Positions 18,746 to 27,421 of a DNA stretch of 37,804 nucleotides are shown one piece after another (within the stretch, counting starts at the first letter, position 1; each line of letters opens with the position of its first letter). A program made the translations under genes and the position numbers. The stretch comes from a virus (lineage: Duplodnaviria; Caudoviricetes), in the IMG/VR virus record IMGVR_UViG_3300016657_000052, positions 1 to 37,804 of that record; one strand, written 5' to 3'. The notes beneath the pieces are model-generated. The model was given only the letters and a program-made list of their open reading frames with translations. It had not been told where the DNA came from and made no database searches.

Positions 18746-19324
18746 CTATTGTGCCTGCTGCAGAAGCTTACCGTAATCAACTTCGGGATACGGCTTGTCG
18801 TCCCGAATCAGCTGGATGACTTTCTCCACCAATGGCAGATACCACTGATGGTGTCGTTGGCGTTGAACAATGGCAGACACAACCTTACCACTTTCATCTT
18901 TACCGTAATGGATGTAATACATATCCAACGGCAGTTCATTGTCGAGGATCAGTTGCAATCGATCATCAGGCAGTTGGCAAAGCATGATGTAAATGCCTTC
19001 ACCGATGATCTCTTGGAAGTTCTCGATCTTTTCAGTAGGTTGATTGCCGAAACGGCGACGACCGTAACCTTCATTACTGGTGCGTACCTTGGTATCCTGA
19101 CAGCCACTACGGATGTAATACCAGAAACCTTCGAGGGAATCAAAGCTACCGAATACAGGGTGGGTGAAGCGGTTGGGTGCTTCCATTGATAACAGTCGAC
19201 CAACTTCAGTTTGGCCGAACGTTTTCATATTGATGTGGGTGATGCCGTCATTTACTGCGTAAGGGTTGATCGGCAGTTCCGGGTTATTTTGATCTTTGAG
19301 TTCCATGGTCAATCCTTCATTCAT
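18746..19324 (-). CDS. Conserved jumbo-phage protein, weakly NADAR/T4 gp30.3-like
   Basis: 192 aa with DGITHIN...GRLLS...F.HP.FGSFDSLEGFWYY. Start overlaps the upstream gene's stop. Confidence 0.6.
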   Translation of the reverse strand: MNEGLTMELKDQNNPELPINPYAVNDGITHINMKTFGQTEVGRLLSMEAPNRFTHPVFGSFDSLEGFWYYIRSGCQDTKVRTSNEGYGRRRFGNQPTEKIENFQEIIGEGIYIMLCQLPDDRLQLILDNELPLDMYYIHYGKDESGKVVSAIVQRQRHHQWYLPLVEKVIQLIRDDKPYPEVDYGKLLQQAQ

Positions 19325-19871
19325 CTTTATTCTGAGACGCGTCCTGCATCTCGGAGTCTTCCTTCAGTTCGTTAGCGTTGTCTTTGGTGGCGATCTCAGA
19401 CAAGAAAGTCTCGTCATCATTCCGTGAGAAATGAAGCGTCTTTTCATGGTCTGTTGATTTGCCATCCCAAGTATAGACACGGAAACGAACATCGATACGT
19501 GCAATCTGCAAGAAGCGCATGGCTGAGCAGAACACGTTCCAAGTCATCTTCGGTGATGACAGTTGTTTCTGAATGTTGCCACGCACGCTGTTCTTGTCAG
19601 GAACGTTAATGGTGACTTCACCCTTACCGCTTTGCTGCATCTTGTTAAACCGGATACGTTCCAGTTTCTTGATGTATTGATTCAGCAAGCTGTACCAGCG
19701 CAACTGGCCATTGGTCTTTTCAGCCAAGCCATGCGACCAAGCGATACTAGAAAACATCTTGGCCAAGAACACATCGGCGCCGGAGCGACGGTTCTCTTCG
19801 TTCTCCAACCGATGATGGAGCCGTAATATCGGGTTAGACCGCTTACGGTTACGGTCCCGTGTATCATACAT
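19317..19871 (-). CDS. Hypothetical protein (conserved in phiKZ-like phages)
   Basis: 184-aa ORF in a tightly packed operon, with RGN...L..PKMTW.VF...MRFL motif. Confidence 0.65.
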   Translation of the reverse strand: MYDTRDRNRKRSNPILRLHHRLENEENRRSGADVFLAKMFSSIAWSHGLAEKTNGQLRWYSLLNQYIKKLERIRFNKMQQSGKGEVTINVPDKNSVRGNIQKQLSSPKMTWNVFCSAMRFLQIARIDVRFRVYTWDGKSTDHEKTLHFSRNDDETFLSEIATKDNANELKEDSEMQDASQNKDE

Positions 19872-19876
19872 AGCGT

Positions 19877-20455
19877 TTAATCCTCTTCATTGTAGCATTT
19901 CATTAACGACACTAATGCCTCTTCCAGCACTACGATATACCGTTGAGTTAGACGCATTGTGTGAATCGACTCAATGGCATCTCCATCCTGATGTTCCAGT
20001 AACGCTTTACAAAACTCAAGGTTCGCCGAGACGAACGTTTGAAGGTTTGTTTCTACGCTACTGTCACCCTCAGTGAAGAAGGAGTAGAACACCTGATCTG
20101 TGTCAGAGATAAAGCTATCCAACACATTGGCTTCATTCCGAACCAATCCCCCATTGGTTCTAGTTTGTTTGGTGAGATGGCGGATCATGTAAACGTAGTT
20201 ACCAAAGCTTAGATGAGTTAATCTAGTCTGGTAGAACATCAGTCCTTGTCCATCGACATCGCTTTCGCGTAGCGTGTGAAGAATATCCAGTAGTACCACA
20301 CAGCGATCAAGAGAAGTCAAGTTAGGTTGAGTATTTATAATTTCAGTACGTTCTTTACGTAAACGTTTCTGCCACCATGCTTCAATTTTGTGCATTAGCT
20401 TGGTTATCACGTTTATTTCCGTTTTATTAGGTTGAACATCTTGGATACTGATCAC
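19877..20455 (-). CDS. Hypothetical protein
   Basis: 192-aa ORF heading the operon. The true start may be GTG 20410 or ATG 20395, because the annotated GTG lies inside a promoter-like motif. Confidence 0.6.
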   Translation of the reverse strand: MISIQDVQPNKTEINVITKLMHKIEAWWQKRLRKERTEIINTQPNLTSLDRCVVLLDILHTLRESDVDGQGLMFYQTRLTHLSFGNYVYMIRHLTKQTRTNGGLVRNEANVLDSFISDTDQVFYSFFTEGDSSVETNLQTFVSANLEFCKALLEHQDGDAIESIHTMRLTQRYIVVLEEALVSLMKCYNEED

Positions 20456-20482
20456 CTAGATGATATATATCTGAGATATTTT
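20452..20482 (-). promoter_or_regulatory. Putative phage RNAP promoter (motif shared with 31394-31424)
   Basis: Minus strand AAAATATCTCAGATATATATCATCTAGGTGA at the head of a minus-strand operon. Confidence 0.55.
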
Positions 20483-20497
20483 TAAGCGAGGTTCACA

Positions 20498-20950
20498 ATG
20501 TCGAAAATCAACATCCCAGTGGCACCTGTCGATCTCGAGGACGATGGTGGTATTCTTAATTTTGCTATCGGACAGCGGCTTGGTATTGCTGCCCAGATGG
20601 TGCAGGACGCCAATGGCAACTTACCGCAAAGCGAAGAGCGTCTAAACATTTACATGCAGAACTTGAATGGCATCGAAAAGATTGCCTTGTCTCGCATGAA
20701 GATCAAGTCTGATGAACGTAACAATCAGACTAGCGCTGAAGCAACGGCAGCCATCGTGGCCGCAGTTCTTAAGAACATCCAACCAAACGATAATCCATAC
20801 GTGGTTATCGACAACCCACCACAGCGTGAAGCCCCCATGTTACCAGCAGACATCATCGATGTTGAGCCAGTACCAGGTCAAATGGTAATTGGCAATGAGT
20901 CGCAAATGGATATCGATACCTTTATGGCATCATTTGAAAAAGACGAGTAG
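20498..20950 (+). CDS. Hypothetical protein
   Basis: 150-aa acidic ORF with a GAGG RBS, followed by a hairpin. Confidence 0.7.
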   Translation: MSKINIPVAPVDLEDDGGILNFAIGQRLGIAAQMVQDANGNLPQSEERLNIYMQNLNGIEKIALSRMKIKSDERNNQTSAEATAAIVAAVLKNIQPNDNPYVVIDNPPQREAPMLPADIIDVEPVPGQMVIGNESQMDIDTFMASFEKDE

Positions 20951-20953
20951 GCG

Positions 20954-20992
20954 GACATAGAGCTGAGGGGAACCCCCTCAGCTCTTTATGCC
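20954..20992. terminator. Bidirectional hairpin terminator, CATA/TATG family
   Basis: gacata-GAGCTGAGGGG-aac-CCCCTCAGCTC-tttatgcc between convergent genes. Confidence 0.75.
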
Positions 20993-21723
20993 TTCGGCAT
21001 CTTAACTGTCGGATCAGGCAAACTAAAGAAACGAATATCGATCAACTGTAGTGTGACCAATACCGAAGCTACCATTTCCATTGCTTCTAACGGATGTGGC
21101 AATTTCTCGCGTTTGATCTGATCAAGTTCATCTTGCGATGGCGGTTCTTTAAAGAAGATTGCTGGGGCCCATAAATAAACCGATGGCATCAGGCGCTTCT
21201 TAAAAGCTTCCACATGGTGGTTCCACCAGTTATCGTAGTCATACATAAACAAGCCAATGTAGTTCTCCACACAGAAGTCTGGTGTTAGTTGCTCCATTGG
21301 AATGTTTACCAGACGAATACTGTCAGCAAATTGAATCCAGTTACCGATTGCTAAGCAGATCTGATTTTGAGTTTCTTCGTCCAGCTGATAGGGGTAGATA
21401 TTGATTTCAAGATCTACCTTATCATGATACGGGCGGTCAATTGCTTGACGCCGTAGTTGCTTGACGATTTCTGCTAACCCAGAGATACCTTCAGTTACAG
21501 TACTCAGCGCTAACGTTTCTTCGTCGCGACTAGCATAGGCCTTATCGAATTCTTCTTTGGTATAACCCTCGAAGATATCGCAGTTCCGAGTATGGTACTT
21601 GCCGCTCTCTAGTACTTTTGCTGCTCGCACCGGGTCAATCTTAGCTAGTGTACCTAGTCGGGTGTCTAAGATGCAATCTAGCATTACCATGATGCGAGCT
21701 GAGATATTGTTACCAGTACCCAT
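20986..21723 (-). CDS. Conserved hypothetical protein, possible HAD-like fold
   Basis: 245 aa with N-terminal VMLDCILDTRLG and an INIYPY motif. Confidence 0.65.
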   Translation of the reverse strand: MGTGNNISARIMVMLDCILDTRLGTLAKIDPVRAAKVLESGKYHTRNCDIFEGYTKEEFDKAYASRDEETLALSTVTEGISGLAEIVKQLRRQAIDRPYHDKVDLEINIYPYQLDEETQNQICLAIGNWIQFADSIRLVNIPMEQLTPDFCVENYIGLFMYDYDNWWNHHVEAFKKRLMPSVYLWAPAIFFKEPPSQDELDQIKREKLPHPLEAMEMVASVLVTLQLIDIRFFSLPDPTVKMPKA

Positions 21724-21725
21724 GA

Positions 21726-22238
21726 TTACATACTCGTTTTAGCACGCTCGAAAGCTTCTTCCAACTGTGCGGTGTTGTAGTACACAATGTAGGCACAGAG
21801 CATGAGTAACCAAGTGTTGTTGGTCAAAACGTCTCTGACATCTTCTTGATCCACTGTGAAATTGACAATGTCACGTGGAAGTAGATTTGCCTTAGCATGT
21901 ACCGAGCAAGCCGCAGCAAGTGTATTGATCAACCGTGGGATGATGATGTCCGAAGTATTCAAATTGGCAACAAACCGAACAGTCATGTCTTCGATGCAAT
22001 GTCGATACGGCTCTCGCGACATGTAAGTGTCTAGCAAAGTTCGAATGTTCCCTGGTACTAGGAAGTAAGTCAACTTGCTCGTAACGAACATATCAATCAG
22101 GAAATGGGAAACCCCTTCCATTTCATCCTTAGTTACCGTACGCAGGATTGCATCCACTGCTTCATTTAGTGCCTCGCGGATGTAATCAATGTCGTCAGTA
22201 GTCAAGCGAGAAGTATTTATCGGTTGTTCGTACATCAT
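21726..22238 (-). CDS. Hypothetical protein
   Basis: 170-aa ORF with an AGGGG RBS, within an operon. Confidence 0.65.
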   Translation of the reverse strand: MMYEQPINTSRLTTDDIDYIREALNEAVDAILRTVTKDEMEGVSHFLIDMFVTSKLTYFLVPGNIRTLLDTYMSREPYRHCIEDMTVRFVANLNTSDIIIPRLINTLAAACSVHAKANLLPRDIVNFTVDQEDVRDVLTNNTWLLMLCAYIVYYNTAQLEEAFERAKTSM

Positions 22239-22259
22239 GCATCCCTTTAGTTAGTCATG

Positions 22260-22943
22260 TTAGATCAAGCCCTCAGCAGATAAGTGCATAGAGGTAAGAA
22301 AAACATGTAACGTCTTAGTTGACTCAACACCAGTAGCGGCCGCCTGAATGGTATCTAGGCGTACACCACCTGTTTTGTTGATACTGTTGTTCATGGCATT
22401 GAAGCCACCCAAGTCACCACCTCGATACTTCAGGAGTTCGGCCAGTGTCTTGTCAAGGTTCAGTGCCGCCAGTACCTGTAGTTCTGGATACGAAAGCTTA
22501 CTGCCTTTTGATGCACCAGTTGGTTGACCAGTGAAATGATCAACGGAATGGTTGTCTTCAGGAATTTGGATCTTCTTAACCAAGTGCTGTGCTTGTCGAC
22601 GTAGCGGTAGTTTAATGACCAGATATGGAATCGGGGTCATGTAGCCAGGGCGTCCCTCAGTGGGTCCGAACACAATACGTTGGAAAAAATTGTGACCTAG
22701 CTCTTCCGCAACTTTGAAGTTACGCTTGATGTCGAGCTTGGGTCCGTGTAGGTTTGGCGCAATGATCGATAGGATCTGCTTACCATCTTTCAGATCGTGC
22801 ATGAACTGTTCAAACTGAGCATCATTCATGCGCGGGAATACGTTCTTCTCGTAATAGAGGCGATTGTCAGAGCCGGGTAACAGCTTATCAATGTATTCGA
22901 GGATAAACTGTTCGGCCTCTTTTCTCTTAGCGGGTGTAGTCAT
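22260..22943 (-). CDS. Virion RNA polymerase beta subunit, C-terminal fragment (phiKZ gp149-like)
   Basis: 227 aa. LRRQAQHLVKK...FTGQPTGASKGSKLSYPE...ELLKYRGGD matches the C-terminal conserved region of RNAP beta (TQQP.GG...GQRFGEME..E.LT.KSDD). Confidence 0.85.
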   Translation of the reverse strand: MTTPAKRKEAEQFILEYIDKLLPGSDNRLYYEKNVFPRMNDAQFEQFMHDLKDGKQILSIIAPNLHGPKLDIKRNFKVAEELGHNFFQRIVFGPTEGRPGYMTPIPYLVIKLPLRRQAQHLVKKIQIPEDNHSVDHFTGQPTGASKGSKLSYPELQVLAALNLDKTLAELLKYRGGDLGGFNAMNNSINKTGGVRLDTIQAAATGVESTKTLHVFLTSMHLSAEGLI

Positions 22944-23035
22944 GTTCTGCTACCGTAAGCGAGTGGTTAAGGGTGATGGGTGCGTATACACCCATCATCC
23001 ATTGTCTGCAGACATATAAGTGGTCCATTGTGGAC

Positions 23036-23344
23036 TTAGAGGCAATACAGCACCATTGTATCAGCGATCTCGCGCTCGAACAGAGTGCTCCATTGTTCCA
23101 GCGGACCATCGTCGATCAGGCAGAAGCGCTCACGCGAGGTATCAGCCGAGCAAGCGCCCAGCACCAAACGCAGATGCTGATTCACCAGCTTACGTTGCGA
23201 TACGTAGGGGAGTTTACTGATCCCAGTTACGTTGATACCGTCTTGCCATTTGGTTGGCTTAATGTGGCCTTTCTTGGCCAGGATGTCGCTAACGACAGAG
23301 AACAGGTTGATGTTTTCGTTCATGATGTATCTCGGTATTTCCAC
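23036..23344 (-). CDS. Hypothetical protein
   Basis: 102-aa ORF collinear with its neighbours, directly upstream of the RNAP fragment. Confidence 0.55.
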   Translation of the reverse strand: MEIPRYIMNENINLFSVVSDILAKKGHIKPTKWQDGINVTGISKLPYVSQRKLVNQHLRLVLGACSADTSRERFCLIDDGPLEQWSTLFEREIADTMVLYCL

Positions 23345-23363
23345 ATATAGGCTCTTGCCATAT

Positions 23364-25145
23364 TTAAATTTTGATTAACTTGCCAATCGTGTCGAAATAA
23401 CAAGTAATCGCTGCGGGACGCCATGCATTCTGGGTCGCCAATAGACGACGACGGCCAACTACTTCAATCGGCCATTCTGTCAGAAGTGCCCAAATACCTG
23501 AGTCGTATCCATAGACGCTGTTACCTTCAACTACAAAAACAAAATCGTACGGTTTAGGTATTTGAGAATTCATGTATCCAGTTGCCTGGGCCTTGGTCTC
23601 ATATATTTCAACCGTCAGATCAGGGAGTGAGCCACCACCGTTAACCAGATTTAACATCTGATCAAAACTAGTGGACTGCTCAACTTTAGCCCTCTCCACT
23701 GGGGAGATTTTTGTTAAGTAAGATTTGCGTAGTCCAGTTAAAGTAACGGACGTTATGCCCTGCGCAGAGCGCAAAGCATTAGTGTAGGCTGTCCTAGTTA
23801 CCGAGTTAGGTTTAGCCATTTTCGGTCTGACCGCACTAATGGTTTTTGTGTATGTAAAAGGCTCAGTTACCATTACCGTAAACACATCGCCATCATAACA
23901 ATCAACAATGTCGCTACCGTTGGCGAAACGCAAAGTAGTAACATTGTTGATTGCTTCAAAACCACCCACTCTTTTACCGTTCCTTAGGATACGTCCACGA
24001 ACTGTACCTAAGTTAGTCGTTGTGATGTTAAGAGTGAACTGACTAGGAGCCACTATTGTGCTTGAATCATTTACTACATCGGCACCATCAGCTTTCTTTT
24101 TAAAGAACAAGAAATCACCAGACTGGATATAGTAAACTAAACGAGCGGTCAGTATATTTCCTAATGAATCCTTAGTGAGTAACTGAACGGTATTTTGTCC
24201 TACGTTACTAACTGAGATAGTAGGGAAGTTCACCCTACTATAGAGTGTGGGGTTGGTTATTAGTACTCGACTTTCAGAGCCCCCTGCAGCAATGCTATCG
24301 GAATCCTCCATATTGGCATACAGTGGGTGGTCGCCGTAAGTCGCACGTAGAAACCCTACATTCACTGGGGTACGATCGTAGTTGCCACTAAACCATGCGC
24401 CAAAACGCGTCACCAGTTTATTAGCACACCCGAAAAACCCATCTTTGTTTGCGATCGCCGCATCGATCGTATTAAAAACAGCACCGTGGTCAGTCACAAC
24501 AATCAACCCACCGTAAGTTTCGCGATAACTCACTAGGTCATTTACAGCTTGACTACTTAGGTAATTCCAGCCCCCAATAGACCGGGTTGAAAGTAGCATT
24601 ACTGCATTATACTGCTGTAGCTCACTTAATGTTGGATTTAAGACGCCTGCATAGTCGTTGGCATCTTTGATAACAATGTCAAAATTGCCAGCGGCCGCCA
24701 ATCTTGTTAGCGTGGTGTAGAAATCAGTATTGGCTGTGCCCTTTACCCAATAGGAGACACCGGAAACTGCGTCTCCTAATACCAGCACTTTTTTCTTAGT
24801 GAGGTTGATATTGGGATTACTTACATAGTTAACTGCATTTACAATGTACTTGTGGGCTGCAGATAACTGATCGTAAGTAGCACCGGCTGCTGGACTATAC
24901 GTGTTGTATAGTTTTGGGAAACCGCCGTCATACACTACTGGTCCCCGACCATCCTCGGATACCGCAATAAACGGATTAGCAGGCGTCAGTGTATCGTAAG
25001 CAATGTACTTTGAGATCGTGGGCGGTGCTCCGTTAACAGAGTAAGCCACGGTCTCTGTATTGGCAGAGAAAATAAACGAGAGAATTTGTGACTCGAGGTA
25101 ATAACCAGGCGCTTTCGACGGGGTAATGCTCAAAGGAGTTGCCAT
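23364..25145 (-). CDS. Putative virion structural / tail fibre-like protein with a GATase-like (DUF4350/ThuA-type) alpha/beta domain
   Basis: 593 aa with an AGGGGG RBS. Contains VVYDGGFPKLYN and LQQYNAVMLLS...AVNDLVSY...GGLIVVTDH, and a beta-rich C-terminal half. Confidence 0.55.
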   Translation of the reverse strand: MATPLSITPSKAPGYYLESQILSFIFSANTETVAYSVNGAPPTISKYIAYDTLTPANPFIAVSEDGRGPVVYDGGFPKLYNTYSPAAGATYDQLSAAHKYIVNAVNYVSNPNINLTKKKVLVLGDAVSGVSYWVKGTANTDFYTTLTRLAAAGNFDIVIKDANDYAGVLNPTLSELQQYNAVMLLSTRSIGGWNYLSSQAVNDLVSYRETYGGLIVVTDHGAVFNTIDAAIANKDGFFGCANKLVTRFGAWFSGNYDRTPVNVGFLRATYGDHPLYANMEDSDSIAAGGSESRVLITNPTLYSRVNFPTISVSNVGQNTVQLLTKDSLGNILTARLVYYIQSGDFLFFKKKADGADVVNDSSTIVAPSQFTLNITTTNLGTVRGRILRNGKRVGGFEAINNVTTLRFANGSDIVDCYDGDVFTVMVTEPFTYTKTISAVRPKMAKPNSVTRTAYTNALRSAQGITSVTLTGLRKSYLTKISPVERAKVEQSTSFDQMLNLVNGGGSLPDLTVEIYETKAQATGYMNSQIPKPYDFVFVVEGNSVYGYDSGIWALLTEWPIEVVGRRRLLATQNAWRPAAITCYFDTIGKLIKI

Positions 25146-25157
25146 TATAACCCCCTA

Positions 25158-25517
25158 TTAACGGCGATTAAATGACGCAGTAAGTATGTAATCCAACGCG
25201 ATGGTGTGTTCGTTTTTAATAACTAATCCAGTTGACGTAACTGAGTAAAGAATAACGGCGCCACCATCTACATAAACAGCATTTTCCCCAGTTGATTGCT
25301 CGGGATCTTTTACGAGTATAGTGACGATCGGATGATTGGTGAAGTAATCACTGGCACGATTACTCATGAAATCAGAAAAGATAAACGTATCCGATTCATT
25401 TACCGCCAAGGTACCTTCAGTTTTAAAAACAAAATCGTCACGATAATCTTTAATAGCAGCTCCATAGTCGTGGATAGCATCTACTAGATTTTGTGTTCTA
25501 GTACTAATGACTGACAT
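25158..25517 (-). CDS. Small putative virion protein
   Basis: 119 aa from ATG 25517 (GGGGG RBS), beta-rich, directly upstream of the 593-aa gene. Confidence 0.55.
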   Translation of the reverse strand: MSVISTRTQNLVDAIHDYGAAIKDYRDDFVFKTEGTLAVNESDTFIFSDFMSNRASDYFTNHPIVTILVKDPEQSTGENAVYVDGGAVILYSVTSTGLVIKNEHTIALDYILTASFNRR

Positions 25518-25545
25518 AGTAAACCCCCAATTATTAAATAGACCG

Positions 25546-25592
25546 CTGTGACCAAGCATCTTTTTTTTTTCAGATGTCGGTCACAGTATGTC
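25546..25592. repeat. Hairpin related to 26861-26904, flanking the glycosyltransferase gene
   Basis: CTGTGACC..CATCT-T-run-AGATG..GGTCACAG-tatgtc. Confidence 0.6.
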
Positions 25593-25606
25593 CGCGATTG
25601 AACCGC

Positions 25607-26824
25607 CTATGAAGTGGCGTACTCTTTGTGAAGTTGTTCAGCAATACGAATTACTGCATTGACAGAAGCCCCAACAGGGTAGTTATTAAACTTTGTACCA
25701 AGCGCATCCATAGGGTTTTTCTCACGCCCTAATCGCGCAGCAGTGGCGATCTGGGCACGCATGCTATGAATTCCTAACTTTGAATCCATGGTTTGGAAAG
25801 ACTCTCCCCCAGCCACAGAACACAGTAGTTGATGTTCAGTTGAACTTGGAAGGACGATCGTGGGTATGCCATGCATGGCTATATGACTAGTCAATGAAGG
25901 TCCGCCATTACCAACAAACAAATCCATCCTAGGTAATAGGTTGGCCATACTAACTGGATGATTAGTTAGTTTGATTTGTGACGGTTTAAACAATGCGCGC
26001 AGTACACCTAGATACCGATCATCAACATTGATGCTACAAATCACATCGGCATTCAGACTAGCCAAAGCAGTAAGTAGCGTACTGGTAGCTTCATTCTTAG
26101 CATCGATATGGCAGAAGATCTTCTTATCATCAGAGTCTTTCCACTGCATGATGCTACCAGCACTACGGTGATAAATAGGACCAATGTATTCACGTTTAGT
26201 AATTACTGAGAATGGATCAAGATCCTCCCAAGTAGTGTGTACATCGTAATCAGTGAAGATGTCCCGTATATCAATCAACCGGAAAGTACCAGTTGCCGCT
26301 AGTGCATCATTGATGTTCTTAAGTAATGTCCGCTCAGCATAATGTAATCGGTCAGGATGGACATCGTCATGTTGCAGATATTTCGGTAGCGGTTCAACCA
26401 GTGGTGGCAATGTAAAGCTGCTACCTATATGGAAGTACGGAATTGTTTTTGCACCATACGACATCAGCGCCAAGGCCAAAGTAGGAGAGTGGTCCAAGAC
26501 AACCACATCGGGTTTGGTCTTCTTGATTAACTGGTGCCATTTACGAATAGCAATCCCTAATGCCTGACTATCCGAAAGTCCTGATTCCAATAGTAGTTCT
26601 GCATAAGAACAGGGCGGCTTATTCCTATGTCCCTTAGTGCGAATCTTTGGGGCAAGATGCCACTCTACCGATTCGTCAATAAAACAATGCTCAATAGGCT
26701 CTAGTTTCCGAGAGGTGAAGGTCACATGGTGACCATTATTTAACAGGCCGTCGATAACTGCTCCGCAGCGCGAGGCGTATTCGTAGCCTTTACCCAGCTC
26801 GGAGGCGATCAATATTCTTGCCAT
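25607..26824 (-). CDS. GT-B fold glycosyltransferase (GT1/GT28-like), with divergent motifs
   Basis: 405 aa from ATG 26824. MARILIASELGKG...GHHVTF, KPDVVVLDHSP and LLPRMDLFVGNGG...GIPTIVLP...EH are classic GT-B elements. Confidence 0.8.
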   Translation of the reverse strand: MARILIASELGKGYEYASRCGAVIDGLLNNGHHVTFTSRKLEPIEHCFIDESVEWHLAPKIRTKGHRNKPPCSYAELLLESGLSDSQALGIAIRKWHQLIKKTKPDVVVLDHSPTLALALMSYGAKTIPYFHIGSSFTLPPLVEPLPKYLQHDDVHPDRLHYAERTLLKNINDALAATGTFRLIDIRDIFTDYDVHTTWEDLDPFSVITKREYIGPIYHRSAGSIMQWKDSDDKKIFCHIDAKNEATSTLLTALASLNADVICSINVDDRYLGVLRALFKPSQIKLTNHPVSMANLLPRMDLFVGNGGPSLTSHIAMHGIPTIVLPSSTEHQLLCSVAGGESFQTMDSKLGIHSMRAQIATAARLGREKNPMDALGTKFNNYPVGASVNAVIRIAEQLHKEYATS

Positions 26825-26860
26825 TCTTTTATATCGCTCTAAAACGTTAATAAAAAAGAC

Positions 26861-26904
26861 TACTGTGACTGGGTATCCAATTAAGGACCCAGTCACAGTA
26901 TGTC
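26861..26904. repeat. Hairpin related to 25546-25592
   Basis: TACTGTGACTGGGT-loop-ACCCAGTCACAGTA-tgtc, a 14-bp perfect stem. Confidence 0.7.
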
Positions 26905-26926
26905 TCTCGTCATTTAGCAGTAAAGC

Positions 26927-27100
26927 TTAAGAATCAGATTCTCGTACTTTAGTTGACTCACCACGGGTAACATGCGTGTGATTGATTTGAATAATCCCTC
27001 GCAGATTTGATGCAGTAGTTGGAATTATTGCTATCAGTAGCAATGTGCCTAAGTAATACCAGACATCAGAAAAGATAAACTTGAGTATCTCGAGCATCAT
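26927..27100 (-). CDS. Small single-pass membrane protein (57 aa; not in the ORF track)
   Basis: MMLEILKFIFSDVWYYLGTLLLIAIIPTTAS...; AGGAG RBS; ATGA overlap with the upstream stop. Confidence 0.6.
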   Translation of the reverse strand: MMLEILKFIFSDVWYYLGTLLLIAIIPTTASNLRGIIQINHTHVTRGESTKVRESDS

Positions 27101-27420
27101 TCACTCTCCTTGCGATTTTCCGCACTAAACGATTTACGCATAGCAATGGCATGGTTAATATCATCACTACCCTGCCCCCAGAGATCGATATAAACAGTGC
27201 GACCTTTAGTCGTTGCAGCAGTGTAGTCACCATCGCCAATAGCAAGTCCAGCATCGATCAGATCTTCACGACTCGACATCACCGGGATGTTATCGCAATG
27301 TACTGGACCACGTTCAACCAAAGCATTCAGAGTACAGAGCATGCCTTCAGTCAGTTGGAAACACGTACCTTCCTCATCATGATAGAAAGCGACAATTCGC
27401 TCTCGACTTACTATGGACAT
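27097..27420 (-). CDS. Hypothetical protein
   Basis: 107-aa ORF starting 1 nt after the UvsX-like stop, with a GGAAGG RBS. Confidence 0.6.
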   Translation of the reverse strand: MSIVSRERIVAFYHDEEGTCFQLTEGMLCTLNALVERGPVHCDNIPVMSSREDLIDAGLAIGDGDYTAATTKGRTVYIDLWGQGSDDINHAIAMRKSFSAENRKESE

Positions 27421-27421
27421 G

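Noticed and set aside
20986-21723. Active HAD phosphatase
   Set aside because: VMLDCILD lacks the first Asp of DxD and other HAD motifs were not recognisable; kept only as a possible fold.
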